Source: Patescibacteria group bacterium | GTDB taxonomy: Bacteria; Patescibacteriota; Patescibacteriia; Patescibacteriales; UBA12465 | Direction of reading: 5' to 3' | DNA length: 64,000 nucleotides | Assembly (NCBI GenBank): GCA_041650715.1 | Contig: JBAZKQ010000001.1 | Span: 6,945-70,944 of the forward strand | In this document: positions 1 through 9,110 of the stretch, piece by piece | How the letters are laid out: every line of letters begins with the position of its first letter | Position numbering within the stretch: position 1 is the first letter of the stretch | Notes under the pieces: generated by a model | The model's database searches: none | Told to the model about the DNA's origin: nothing | What the model saw: the letters and a program-made list of their open reading frames with translations, nothing else | Translations under genes and position numbers: made by a program

Positions 1-1
1 C

Positions 2-376
2 GGCCTGGGTTATATAAAATTGGGGCAAAGCGCGACGACATTCTCGGGAGGCGAGGCGCAAAGAATAAAATTGGCGACCGAATTATCACGCCGGGCAACT
101 GGTAAGACCTTGTATATTTTAGACGAACCGACGACCGGTTTGCATTTTGCGGATATTGATCGCTTGCTTAAAGTTTTGAATATGCTGGTTGATCAAGGAA
201 ATACCGTTTTAATTATTGAACATAATTTAGATGTCATTAAATCGGTTGATTGGGTTATTGACCTTGGTCCGGACGGCGGTGAAGCCGGGGGAACGCTCGT
301 GGCAGCCGGAACCCCACCGGAAGTGGCAAAAGTTGCCAAAAGCTTTACCGGTCAGTATTTAAAGAAGTTATTATAA
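2..376 (+). CDS. uvrA: Excinuclease ABC subunit A, C-terminal fragment (5' end outside window)
   Basis: Open from the window edge. The translation [27 protein letters not shown]...[20 protein letters not shown]...[24 protein letters not shown] is the second ABC signature/Walker B/H-loop block typical of the UvrA C-terminus. TAA stop at 374-376. Confidence 0.9.
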   Translation, partial: GLGYIKLGQSATTFSGGEAQRIKLATELSRRATGKTLYILDEPTTGLHFADIDRLLKVLNMLVDQGNTVLIIEHNLDVIKSVDWVIDLGPDGGEAGGTLVAAGTPPEVAKVAKSFTGQYLKKLL

Positions 377-868
377 TTGGCTTAAAATTTTCAAACTGAT
401 TCTTTTATCAGTTGTGTCTAAAACGGCGAAGGTCGCCGGGTTAATGTCTCCGGCCAGATTGCCGGGATTAACGATATAAGTTCCATTTTCTTTTTCGATC
501 CAGGGTTTATGGCTGTGGCCATAAAATATAAAGTCCAAGGGCGCAGTGGCCGCCGCTTGGACTTTTTTTATTTTTACAGGTTCGTGGCAAAGGCCGATGT
601 TTACCTCGGCGATACTAAAAACGCCAATGGCGCCAAAGTATTTAAGATTTTTAAATTTGGTTAATTTTTCTTCTTCGTAAATTTCGGCATTGCCGGCGAC
701 AACAAAAATCTCACCCGTAAAAGCACGGGTGAGATAAGTAATTGTTTCAAGGGTAGTGATATCGCCGCAGATAATAAGTTTTTGAATTTCTTTTTTCAAG
801 CACCAATCAAGACAGGTCTTTAGCGTAACTAAATTATCGTGAATATCGGAAATAATCGCAACCAGCAT
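371..868 (-). CDS. Metallophosphoesterase, YfcE/MJ0936-like
   Basis: 165-aa ORF with calcineurin-fold metal-ligand motifs in canonical order (SDIHDN, CGDI, GNAE, GHSHKP). It starts 3 nt after the stop of the upstream minus-strand gene, so it is the last gene of a 4-gene operon. Its 3' end overlaps the uvrA stop by 6 nt (convergent). Confidence 0.8.
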   Translation of the reverse strand: MLVAIISDIHDNLVTLKTCLDWCLKKEIQKLIICGDITTLETITYLTRAFTGEIFVVAGNAEIYEEEKLTKFKNLKYFGAIGVFSIAEVNIGLCHEPVKIKKVQAAATAPLDFIFYGHSHKPWIEKENGTYIVNPGNLAGDINPATFAVLDTTDKRISLKILSQL

Positions 869-871
869 ATT

Positions 872-1447
872 TTATTTTTTACCGCGCAACTTAATTTCAT
901 AGGCCATTTGTTCGAGCTTCCGTAAGTGGCCGCGCGCCTGGTCGTACTTAGTACGCAGATAACCCGTCATATCGAAATCAATCAATTGGCCCATAATATC
1001 TTCGGCCATTTTTTTGGTTTTTGCTACCTCCGAAAATTTACCGCCGGCCGCTTGGTTAGTCGCGTAGCGGACAAGTTCGCCGATCATATCGCAGATGCCG
1101 CCAAGATAGGATTCATAATCAAGTTTGATGCCTTTAACCGCTTCAATCTTTTTATTTTTTACTGCCAGATATAAAGTTTTTCCTTCTAAGTATTCTTCCG
1201 CTGCCGCCTTATAAGCGCCTTCGCGATGCAAGCGTTCAAAGCCAAAGCGGCTTTCTAAATTTTTTAAAGCCTTTTCAATATCGTCGATTTTAGTTTCGGC
1301 CGCTTTAAAGTCCTGGCGTTGCAGGGCAAAAATAGTTTTTTTGGCTTCGAAAAGAATATTATTGGCGCCGCTAATTATTTGGCGTCTGGCTGATTCGTTT
1401 CCGCGGTAATCATTTTTTAATTGTTCAAGAAATTTGTCGTTAATCAT
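872..1447 (-). CDS. Translin-family-like helical protein (putative nucleic-acid binding)
   Basis: 191-aa ORF. The C-terminal half (AAEEYLEGKTLY...YESYLGGICDMIGELVRYA) matches my recollection of the translin/TRAX signature (YLxG-x-xD-x-xGEL-xR). The assignment is by motif recall only. There is a 9-nt gap to the upstream pilB-like gene. Confidence 0.5.
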   Translation of the reverse strand: MINDKFLEQLKNDYRGNESARRQIISGANNILFEAKKTIFALQRQDFKAAETKIDDIEKALKNLESRFGFERLHREGAYKAAAEEYLEGKTLYLAVKNKKIEAVKGIKLDYESYLGGICDMIGELVRYATNQAAGGKFSEVAKTKKMAEDIMGQLIDFDMTGYLRTKYDQARGHLRKLEQMAYEIKLRGKK

Positions 1448-1456
1448 AGTAGATTT

Positions 1457-4400
1457 TTATATTACTCTAAAGACTTCTTCGATACTGGTCTCGCCGGCGA
1501 GAGCCTTTAATATCCCGTCCTGGAGCATCGTCACCGTCCCGTTTTTAATTGCGGCGGTTTCGATGTCAAAATCGGTAACGTTATCGGATTGAATTAATTT
1601 TTGAATTTCTGGGGTCATGGTAATTGTTTCGTATAAGCCCAGGCGGCCCTTATAGCCGATCTGGCTGCATTTTTCGCAACCGACGCCATGATAGAAAGTT
1701 AATTTCTCCGGAATTTTTACGCCGGGATTATTGATTTGTCCCAGAACTTCTTGAACCCGTTTTAAGTCTTCGGCCGAGAGTTCTGTTTCTTTCTTGCAGA
1801 ATGGGCAGAGACGGCGCACTAAGCGCTGGCCGATGGTAAATTCAATCGCATTGGCTAAAGTCTGACGATCAAGTCCGAGCCCGGCAAAGCGGGAAATGGC
1901 GCCGGCGGCGCTATTAGCGTGGATAGTCGATAAAACTAAGTGGCCGGTGAGTGATGCTTCCATGGCAATCTTGGCGGTTTCGGTATCGCGGATTTCGCCA
2001 ATCATCATAATATTAGGATTTTGGCGCAGGAGTGAGCGCATGGCGGAAGCGAAAGTATAACCGCCGGCTTCATCGATTTGCGTTTGCATAACACCGGGCA
2101 GCTGGTATTCAATCGGGTCCTCGACGGTAATAATTTTAACGTCAGGCTTATTTAATTTATTCAAAATACTGTAAAGAGTCGTGGTTTTGCCGCTGCCGGT
2201 TGGACCGGTGGTGATAATAATACCCCGAGTTTTTTTCATGGCGGCTTGGAGCGAATCAAAAGCGACTGAGGTGATACCAAGTTTATCCATGCTTAAGTTA
2301 ACGGCATTGGTCGCCAGCAAGCGGATAACAATCGTTTCACCGTAACCGCCGGCAATAATCGAAAGGCGGCAATCAAGTTTGCGATCAGGCAGATAAACGC
2401 TGAAGCGGCCATCGAAAGTCGCGCGTTTAATATTGGTTGCCTCGCCGGCGAGAATTTTTATTTCAGATAACAAGGGTAGATAGCTTGTTTTTGGTAATTT
2501 TAGAACATCATGTAAAACACCGTCAATACGGAAGCGGATATGGACGTCAGTTTCCGTCGGTTCAATATGAATATCGCCGGCATCACTCACGACGGCGAGA
2601 GCCATCACCAGGTTAACTAGTTCTGAGGTCGGTATTTCTTTAACGCGCGCGGCGATATCTTCGATGTTTTGACCGAGAGCGACCGCCTTATCATATTCAG
2701 CCGCCGAAATTTTAACGCCGCGGCCGATGGTTTGTGAAATTACGATATCATAAAGCTCGTCGATATAATCAAAGTTTCCGACAACGCGATAAACTTCGTC
2801 GAGGGAAGTAATACCCTCGAGAACTTTAAGAACACCGTCTTGCAACATTGTTACCATGCCGTTTTCAATCGCTTGTTGTAGAATTTTAAATGATGGGGCG
2901 TTGTCAATCGTTAATTGCTTCAAGTTATCGCTCATCGTAAAAATTTCATAAATACCGAGGCGGCCTTTATAGCCGATAAAGTTGCACTCCGCACAGCCCG
3001 GTCCGGCCTGATAAACGCGCGGTAGTTTGGCCGGTATGTTAAGGCCGGCTTTGGGTGAAACCACCGCTAAGATTTTATTAACCTGTTCTAATTCGCTTAC
3101 ATTTAATTCATGTTCAACGCGGCAGTGCGGACAGAGTTTACGCAAAAGGCGCTGGCCGATGACCGCATTGATTGAGGGGACAAGAAAATAAGGTTTTACG
3201 CCGATATCGACTAAGCGCGGAATAACGCCGGCCGCATCATTAGTATGAAGGGTTGATAAAACCAAATGGCCGGTCAGTGATGCTTGGACAGATATTTCCG
3301 CTGTTTCTAAATCACGGATTTCCCCGACCATGACAATATTTGGGTCTTGGCGCAGAACCGAACGCAGACCGTCGGAAAAAGTATAACCGCGCTTGGTTTC
3401 GACTTGGCTTTGGTTTATGCCTTTTAATTGATATTCAATCGGATCTTCCAGGGTAATAATTTTAGTGCCCGGGAGATTTAATTTATTGATAATCGAGTAA
3501 AGAGTGGTTGTTTTACCGCTTCCGGTCGGGCCGGTCGTCAGAATTAAGCCGTTGGGCTTCGATATTTCTTTGGTTAAGAGCGGCATTATTTCTGGCCGTA
3601 TCCCCAGGTTTTCCAGGCTCATGAGCGCTTCGGTCGAATCTAGTAGTCGCATCACGACGCTTTCGCCATACGCAGTCGGTAAGAAGGAACAGCGAACATC
3701 AATTTTTTTATTTTTTAAATAAATAGTATAGCGTCCGTCTTGTGGTTTATTCTCGATATTAATTTTTACGCGGGCCAATATCTTTAAGCGGGAAATAATT
3801 TTTTTCCATTTATCGCGGTTAACCATGGCCGCTTCCTGCAAAACGCCGTCGATTCTAATTCTAATGGCGACTCCGTTTTCTTCCGCTTCAATATGGATAT
3901 CGCTGGCACCGACCTTGAGGGCGGTCGCAAGCATTAGGGTAATAACGTCGGAAATATTGACGTCGCTAATTTTATCGTTTAGGTTTTTATAGTTAGAAAT
4001 TTCATTCTTAAATTTCTCGAGGCTATCTTCGCTTATTTCAACGCCGCTTTCGTAACGTTTTACCTTGGGGATACCTTTGTAGGCCTCAAAAGCGTAGTTT
4101 AAACTATTTTGCGAAACCAAATAAAGCCGTCCCTGGGCAAAATATTGTTCGTCTAAGAGAGCGAGCTCGTTTAATATTTCGGGCGTCGACTCAAGACAGG
4201 CTAAGCGAATATTTTTACCGTCGTAGAAGAAACAAACCAGGTTTAGTTCTCGCGCTCTTTCTTCTTGAATTAAGGTTAGAGCCTCGGGGCTAATCGGAAA
4301 GCTAAATAAATTAACGTATGATAAGCCTTGCGCCTGAGCGCGCTCTTCGGTTTGTTTTTCTATTTCTTTAAGTTTGATTTCCGTCTGCTTTTTAGCAAAA

Positions 4401-4468
4401 CGACCGGTGACGCTTTCCTCGTCATCGGTCGGATTAATCAAATTTTCGATTGTGCTTAAATCGCCCAT
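1457..4468 (-). CDS. Tandem (double-core) PilB/GspE-family type II/IV secretion ATPase
   Basis: 1003-aa ORF. It has an N-terminal T2SSE_N-like region, then two full ATPase cores. Each core has Walker A GPTGSGKTTT (coding nt approx 3507-3536 and 2183-2212), an Asp box (ITLEDPIEYQL / ITVEDPIEYQL), Walker B (IVMVGEIRD / IMMIGEIRD), a His box (LVLSTLHTNDA / LVLSTIHANSA) and a tetracysteine (CPHC..CAEC / CPFC..CEKC). Confidence 0.9.
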   Translation of the reverse strand: MGDLSTIENLINPTDDEESVTGRFAKKQTEIKLKEIEKQTEERAQAQGLSYVNLFSFPISPEALTLIQEERARELNLVCFFYDGKNIRLACLESTPEILNELALLDEQYFAQGRLYLVSQNSLNYAFEAYKGIPKVKRYESGVEISEDSLEKFKNEISNYKNLNDKISDVNISDVITLMLATALKVGASDIHIEAEENGVAIRIRIDGVLQEAAMVNRDKWKKIISRLKILARVKINIENKPQDGRYTIYLKNKKIDVRCSFLPTAYGESVVMRLLDSTEALMSLENLGIRPEIMPLLTKEISKPNGLILTTGPTGSGKTTTLYSIINKLNLPGTKIITLEDPIEYQLKGINQSQVETKRGYTFSDGLRSVLRQDPNIVMVGEIRDLETAEISVQASLTGHLVLSTLHTNDAAGVIPRLVDIGVKPYFLVPSINAVIGQRLLRKLCPHCRVEHELNVSELEQVNKILAVVSPKAGLNIPAKLPRVYQAGPGCAECNFIGYKGRLGIYEIFTMSDNLKQLTIDNAPSFKILQQAIENGMVTMLQDGVLKVLEGITSLDEVYRVVGNFDYIDELYDIVISQTIGRGVKISAAEYDKAVALGQNIEDIAARVKEIPTSELVNLVMALAVVSDAGDIHIEPTETDVHIRFRIDGVLHDVLKLPKTSYLPLLSEIKILAGEATNIKRATFDGRFSVYLPDRKLDCRLSIIAGGYGETIVIRLLATNAVNLSMDKLGITSVAFDSLQAAMKKTRGIIITTGPTGSGKTTTLYSILNKLNKPDVKIITVEDPIEYQLPGVMQTQIDEAGGYTFASAMRSLLRQNPNIMMIGEIRDTETAKIAMEASLTGHLVLSTIHANSAAGAISRFAGLGLDRQTLANAIEFTIGQRLVRRLCPFCKKETELSAEDLKRVQEVLGQINNPGVKIPEKLTFYHGVGCEKCSQIGYKGRLGLYETITMTPEIQKLIQSDNVTDFDIETAAIKNGTVTMLQDGILKALAGETSIEEVFRVI

Positions 4469-4471
4469 ATT

Positions 4472-5449
4472 TTATTTTTTTTGGAAAACTCTTTCTAATT
4501 TAGCTTTGCCCTTGTTGGCTTTTAATTGCAAATATAAATCGGTCCAAGCGCTTACCTGGAAGGTAGTAAATAGAGAACCGAATAAAGCGGCCAAAATTAA
4601 AGCAAGAAGGATTATTATTACGGTCATGCCGCCGAGTGAAAATGCCAAGCTGAACCAAAGAAGCGGAAAGAAGAAGACGCCAATGATGATAAGTAGGAGG
4701 GCGCTCGCTAAGAAGCTCACAATAAAAAGCAGTAAAGCAACTTCTAAGCTGATAAGCCAATTTTTCTTGAATAAGTGCCAAGCGTAAGTCAGCGAGGCGA
4801 CGACTGATTTATTTTCTAAAACACGGCAGGAAATGGCATACTTAATGATTAAAGACAGAGAAACGGCAATCGGTACAAAAATAACGAATAAAATAGTATA
4901 AGCGATAATAAATGATGGTTGATCGCTGAGGGCCAAGAAAAGTAGGGGCAAGCTAACAATAAAAAAAGCGAAACCGATTAAAACTTTAATAAAAATATTT
5001 AAGCCTAAAACCGACCAGAAATGCTGGCTACCCGCCGTTAGGCCGCTGCGGATGCTAAGACTATCCGCTTTTTTCTTGGGTGACATTAATTTTTTAATGC
5101 TGTCGACCAGGGCCGCCTGCGAGCTAATAGCTAACCAGATAAACAGGCAGATAATCGTAAGTGTAAGCAGGGTAATCGTTATCGTATTGAGAATAGTAAA
5201 GAAGTCTTGATGAAATAAGGTTACAAGGCCGAGACCGATTTGTTGGAATAAATCGCTTAAAGCCAGGAGTTTGTTTAAAATCCCGTAAGAACCGTTAATC
5301 AAGCCTTGCGAAGTGCTCTGAGTCATGAATTGATATTCCATTGATCCGCCGGCGACCGCCAGCGAGGCAAAAAGGCCAAAAAACCAGAGGTGTTTATTTT
5401 TCCAGGCGATAAACCAAGCTTGTTTTAAAATAGATCGATACGAGAACAT
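4472..5449 (-). CDS. Polytopic membrane protein, function unknown
   Basis: 325-aa ORF with at least 6-7 long hydrophobic segments. Its stop is 3 nt upstream of the pilB-like start, so it is the first gene of the minus-strand operon. I recognise no catalytic motif. Confidence 0.65.
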   Translation of the reverse strand: MFSYRSILKQAWFIAWKNKHLWFFGLFASLAVAGGSMEYQFMTQSTSQGLINGSYGILNKLLALSDLFQQIGLGLVTLFHQDFFTILNTITITLLTLTIICLFIWLAISSQAALVDSIKKLMSPKKKADSLSIRSGLTAGSQHFWSVLGLNIFIKVLIGFAFFIVSLPLLFLALSDQPSFIIAYTILFVIFVPIAVSLSLIIKYAISCRVLENKSVVASLTYAWHLFKKNWLISLEVALLLFIVSFLASALLLIIIGVFFFPLLWFSLAFSLGGMTVIIILLALILAALFGSLFTTFQVSAWTDLYLQLKANKGKAKLERVFQKK

Positions 5450-5465
5450 ATTTGTTTAAAATTAA

Positions 5466-5494
5466 TTGAAAAACTTAAGAAAGTCTGATATTAT
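5466..5494 (+). promoter_or_regulatory. Candidate sigma70-type promoter of argS
   Basis: TTGAAA (5466-5471), a 17-nt spacer, then an extended -10 TGaTATTAT (-10 at 5489-5494). It lies about 70 nt upstream of the argS ATG. Confidence 0.45.
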
Positions 5495-5563
5495 TATAAC
5501 ATAATTCAATAATTAATACCAAATAATCCGGAGTTAGCAGAACGGAATTTTAAGAATATTTCT

Positions 5564-7264
5564 ATGTTAAGCGTTTTGGATAATTTAAAACAACAAATAG
5601 CCCAGGAATTAAAGCTGAAAGTGGCTAATTTTTCTTACCCGCCTAATAGCGAGTTGGGGGATTTAAGCTTGGCTTGTTTCGAGTTGGCTAAAGAGCGGGG
5701 GAAAAATCCGGTGGAAACGGCGCTTGCCCTCGCCGAAAGTTTAAGCAGCCAAAAAAAACTGCAGAAATATTTTTCCGAGATCAAAGCGGTCGGCCCTTAT
5801 CTTAACTTTTATATTAATCAAGAATATCTGGCGACCAGATTAATTGGCAACATTAAACGCGGTAAAAATAAATATGGCTTCAATCATCTCGGTAAGAATA
5901 AGCGCGTGATGATCGAATATTCTAATGGCAATACTCACAAGGAGTATCATGTCGGTCATTTGCGCAATATCGCTTATGGCGACGCCATGAACCGCTTGCT
6001 TACCGCCAATGGTTATATCTCTATCCCGGTTTCCTATATTAATGATTTTGGTATTCATACCGCTAAGACGATTTGGAATTGGCAAAGAAATAAAAAATAT
6101 AGTGATAGCCTGGAGGATAAGGGTTATTTGCTCGGAAAATGCTATACCGAAGCGGCTCAGATTTTAGTGGCCCAACCCGAGCTTAAAGCAGAAGTCGCCC
6201 AAATAATGAAGCAAATTGAAAGCCGAGCCGGGTCTTATTATGATTTATGGCTGGAAACCAGAACTTGGAGTATAAAGTATTTTGCTTCGATTTATCATGA
6301 TTTGGGTATAAAGTTCAGTCATATTTTTTATGAAAGTGAATATATTGACGCGGGGCTAAAGCTCGTGTCCGAGCTAATAAAGTCCGGGTTGCTTGTAAAA
6401 AGCGAAGGCGCAATTATTGCCAATCTCGAACCAGCCGGCCTGGGAGTTCTTCCGGTGATTAGAACCGACGGCACCGCTCTTTACCCGGTAGCCGATTTGG
6501 CCTTAGCGCAGGCTAAGTTTAAAAAATATAATGCCGAGGAGTCTATATATGTGGTCGATATCCGCCAAGGTTTATATTTTCAGCAACTGGCTAAAATTTT
6601 TGAGCTTATCGGCTATAAACAAAAAATAACTCATTTGGGTTATGATTTTGTGACCTTGCCGGACGGCATGATGTCTTCGCGCACCGGCAATGTTATTACC
6701 TATGAAGAGCTAAACGCCAAGATTTTCGAGAAATTATTCGCCGAAACAAAAAAACGCCACGCCGACTGGACGGGCGACCGCGTACGCCAAGTGGCTTGGA
6801 ACCTAACGATCTCGACTATTAAGTTTGAAATGTTAAAAGTAAGCGCCGATAAGATTATTACCTTTAATATTGATGAAGCCTCGCGCTTTGACGGTTATAC
6901 CGCTTGTTATCTACAGTATGGGTATGCCCGCCTCAAAAGTATCGTTCGTAAAGAAAAGCTAAGCTTGTTTGCCGCCGGGATTAATTACCGTCTGCTTGGG
7001 GAGCTTAAGGAAAAAGAACTCTTGGTAAAATTGGCGCGCTACCCGGAGCTTATCAAGGTAGCGGGGAGCAAATATAATCCCAGTGAAATAACCAAGTATT
7101 TATTTGAGCTGGTACAATTATTTAATGATTATTATCATAGCACCAATATTTTAAAGGCGGAGCCAAAATTACGCCGTGCCCGTTTAGCTCTCATTAAAGC
7201 CGTCGCCCAAATTCTCTATAATGGTTTTAATATCCTGGGCTTAAATGTGATTGAGGAAATGTAA
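5564..7264 (+). CDS. argS: Arginine--tRNA ligase
   Basis: 566 aa. It has the class I HIGH-type motif HVGHLRN, the KMSK-equivalent MSSRTG and a C-terminal DALR-like anticodon-binding region. Length is typical. Confidence 0.92.
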   Translation: MLSVLDNLKQQIAQELKLKVANFSYPPNSELGDLSLACFELAKERGKNPVETALALAESLSSQKKLQKYFSEIKAVGPYLNFYINQEYLATRLIGNIKRGKNKYGFNHLGKNKRVMIEYSNGNTHKEYHVGHLRNIAYGDAMNRLLTANGYISIPVSYINDFGIHTAKTIWNWQRNKKYSDSLEDKGYLLGKCYTEAAQILVAQPELKAEVAQIMKQIESRAGSYYDLWLETRTWSIKYFASIYHDLGIKFSHIFYESEYIDAGLKLVSELIKSGLLVKSEGAIIANLEPAGLGVLPVIRTDGTALYPVADLALAQAKFKKYNAEESIYVVDIRQGLYFQQLAKIFELIGYKQKITHLGYDFVTLPDGMMSSRTGNVITYEELNAKIFEKLFAETKKRHADWTGDRVRQVAWNLTISTIKFEMLKVSADKIITFNIDEASRFDGYTACYLQYGYARLKSIVRKEKLSLFAAGINYRLLGELKEKELLVKLARYPELIKVAGSKYNPSEITKYLFELVQLFNDYYHSTNILKAEPKLRRARLALIKAVAQILYNGFNILGLNVIEEM

Positions 7265-7293
7265 AAATAATTAGAAGATTTAAAGATAATTAT

Positions 7294-8682
7294 ATGAAAA
7301 AAAAGGAAATGGATAATTCACTGGAAAAAATTGTTTCGCTCTGTAAGCGCCGTGGCTTTGTTTTTCCTTCGTCGGAGATTTATGACGGCTTCACGGCTGT
7401 TTATGATTTCGGTCCCTACGGCGTTGAATTAGCGAATAACATTAAGAAGGAGTGGTGGAAAACAATGACACAGCTACGGGCTGACATTGTCGGTCTTGAT
7501 TCGGCGATTTTTATGAGTCCGAAAATCTGGGAAGCGTCGGGTCACGTGAAAGGTTTTTCTGATCCGCTCACGGAGTGCAAAAAATGCCATAGCCGTCTGC
7601 GCCTGGATTCTTTGCTTGAAGACGCGGGTATTTTTGCTGATGAAAAAATGAGTGAAGATGAAATCAACGAAATTTTTGAAAAAAATAAAGATAAAATCAA
7701 GTGTCCGAATTGCGGCGAGAAAAATTTTACGCCCGGCAAGAAGTTTAATTTACTTGTGCAATCTAATTTAGGAAATTTTACGAGCGACTGGACGAAAGAT
7801 CCGACTTATTTGCGCGGGGAAACCTGCCAGGGTATTTATGTAAATTATAAAAATGTTCTGGACTCCGCGCGCGTGCGCATTCCTTTCGGAATTGCGCAAA
7901 TCGGTAAAGCTTTCCGAAATGAAATAACGGCCCGCCAATTTATTTTTCGGACCCGTGAATTTGAGCAGATGGAAATGCAGTATTTCGTTAAAGCAGAGGA
8001 CGAAATGAAATATTATAATGAGTGGCGGGAAGCGCGCTGGCAATTTTATCTTGATTTAGGCATAAAGCCGGAGAATTTAAAGTGGCATAAGCATGAGAAC
8101 TTAGTTTTCTACGCAAAAGAAGCTTACGATATCGAGTATAATTTTCCCTTCGGCTTTAAGGAACTTGAAGGTTTGCATGTTCGCGGCGATCATGACTTAA
8201 GCGTGCATAGTAAAGCCTCGGGCAAGGATCTTTCTTATCTTGACCCTATGACCAACGAGAAGTTTATTCCTCATGTCGTTGAAACGTCAGCCGGGGTGGG
8301 CCGTACTTTCCTGGCTGTTTTAACGGAATTTTACCGCGAGGAAAATCTGGGAGAAGAAATGCGCGTTGTTTTGGCACTCCCGCCGAAATTAGCGCCGATT
8401 AAAATCGCGGTTTTTCCTCTTTTAAAGAATAAGCCGGAATTGGTGGCAAAAGCCCAGGAGGTTTTTGATGCGCTGAAACAAAATTGGCGCTGTGAATTCG
8501 ATGATAACGGCAATATTGGTAAGCGCTACCGCCGCCAGGACGAAATTGGTACACCTTATTGCGTGACGATTGATTTTGAAAGTTTAGAAAATATGGAAGT
8601 GACGGTGCGCGATCGCGATACGATGAAACAAGAGAGAATAAAAATATCGGAACTCGAAAAATTTTTCCGCGCTAAAATTTAA
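7294..8682 (+). CDS. glyQS: Glycine--tRNA ligase (alpha2 dimeric type)
   Basis: 462 aa. It has the N-terminal RRGFVFPSSEIYDG, the class II motif 2 region FRNEITARQFIFRTREFEQMEMQYF and a C-terminal anticodon-binding domain (IAVFPLL...GKRYRRQDEIGTPYCVTID). Confidence 0.92.
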   Translation: MKKKEMDNSLEKIVSLCKRRGFVFPSSEIYDGFTAVYDFGPYGVELANNIKKEWWKTMTQLRADIVGLDSAIFMSPKIWEASGHVKGFSDPLTECKKCHSRLRLDSLLEDAGIFADEKMSEDEINEIFEKNKDKIKCPNCGEKNFTPGKKFNLLVQSNLGNFTSDWTKDPTYLRGETCQGIYVNYKNVLDSARVRIPFGIAQIGKAFRNEITARQFIFRTREFEQMEMQYFVKAEDEMKYYNEWREARWQFYLDLGIKPENLKWHKHENLVFYAKEAYDIEYNFPFGFKELEGLHVRGDHDLSVHSKASGKDLSYLDPMTNEKFIPHVVETSAGVGRTFLAVLTEFYREENLGEEMRVVLALPPKLAPIKIAVFPLLKNKPELVAKAQEVFDALKQNWRCEFDDNGNIGKRYRRQDEIGTPYCVTIDFESLENMEVTVRDRDTMKQERIKISELEKFFRAKI

Positions 8683-8720
8683 ATCTTGATTGAAGTGTGA
8701 AATAAATAAAAATAAAACGA

Positions 8721-8761
8721 AAAAATTCCTTAGTCATGGAATCGACAGAGGAATTTTTTTT
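8721..8761 (+). terminator. Intrinsic terminator after glyQS
   Basis: 10-bp stem aaaaattcct (8721-8730) / aggaattttt (8749-8758). The loop contains an inner gtc/gac pairing, and a T-run follows. Confidence 0.6.
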
Positions 8762-8798
8762 GATAAAATCAAAAAATGAAAAAAATCGCAAAAAAGTA

Positions 8799-8827
8799 TT
8801 GCGGGATATAATTAATAGATGTATAAT
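8799..8827 (+). promoter_or_regulatory. Candidate promoter of the small lysine-rich gene
   Basis: TTGCGG (8799-8804), an exact 17-nt spacer, then TATAAT (8822-8827). Confidence 0.45.
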
Positions 8828-8907
8828 AAATGAAGAAGATAAAAAATATTTATAAAAAATTTTTTTGAGATAAAAAAATTAATTTATTTAAGAAAGGGGG
8901 TGAGATT

Positions 8908-9057
8908 ATGAAAAAGAAAACTGCAAAAAAAGCCGTTAAAAAAGTCGCCAAGAAACCGGTAAAGAAGGTGGCGAAAAAAGCGGTTAAAAAAGTTGCTAAA
9001 AAAGCCGTTAAGAAGGTTGTAAAAAAGGCAAAAAAAGCGACTAAGAAGAAAAAATAA
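8908..9057 (+). CDS. 49-aa lysine/alanine/valine-rich basic protein (histone H1-like / Hc-like nucleoid protein candidate)
   Basis: Absent from the ORF track because it is under 60 aa. ATG at 8908 is preceded by the strong SD AAAGGGGGTGA. The translation is MKKKTAKKAVKKVAKKPVKKVAKKAVKKVAKKAVKKVVKKAKKATKKKK, with TAA at 9055-9057. It has its own promoter and terminator. Confidence 0.7.
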   Translation: MKKKTAKKAVKKVAKKPVKKVAKKAVKKVAKKAVKKVVKKAKKATKKKK

Positions 9058-9110
9058 ATTATTTAAAGTTTATTAATTATTTATTAGTAAATTTTATTGA
9101 TTTAAAAATT

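Noticed and set aside
1457-4468. The tandem PilB as an assembly artefact (a collapsed or duplicated repeat).
   Set aside because: The two halves encode similar proteins but differ at a large fraction of synonymous and many non-synonymous positions. The junction is a unique in-frame linker. An artefactual duplication would be near-identical at the DNA level.
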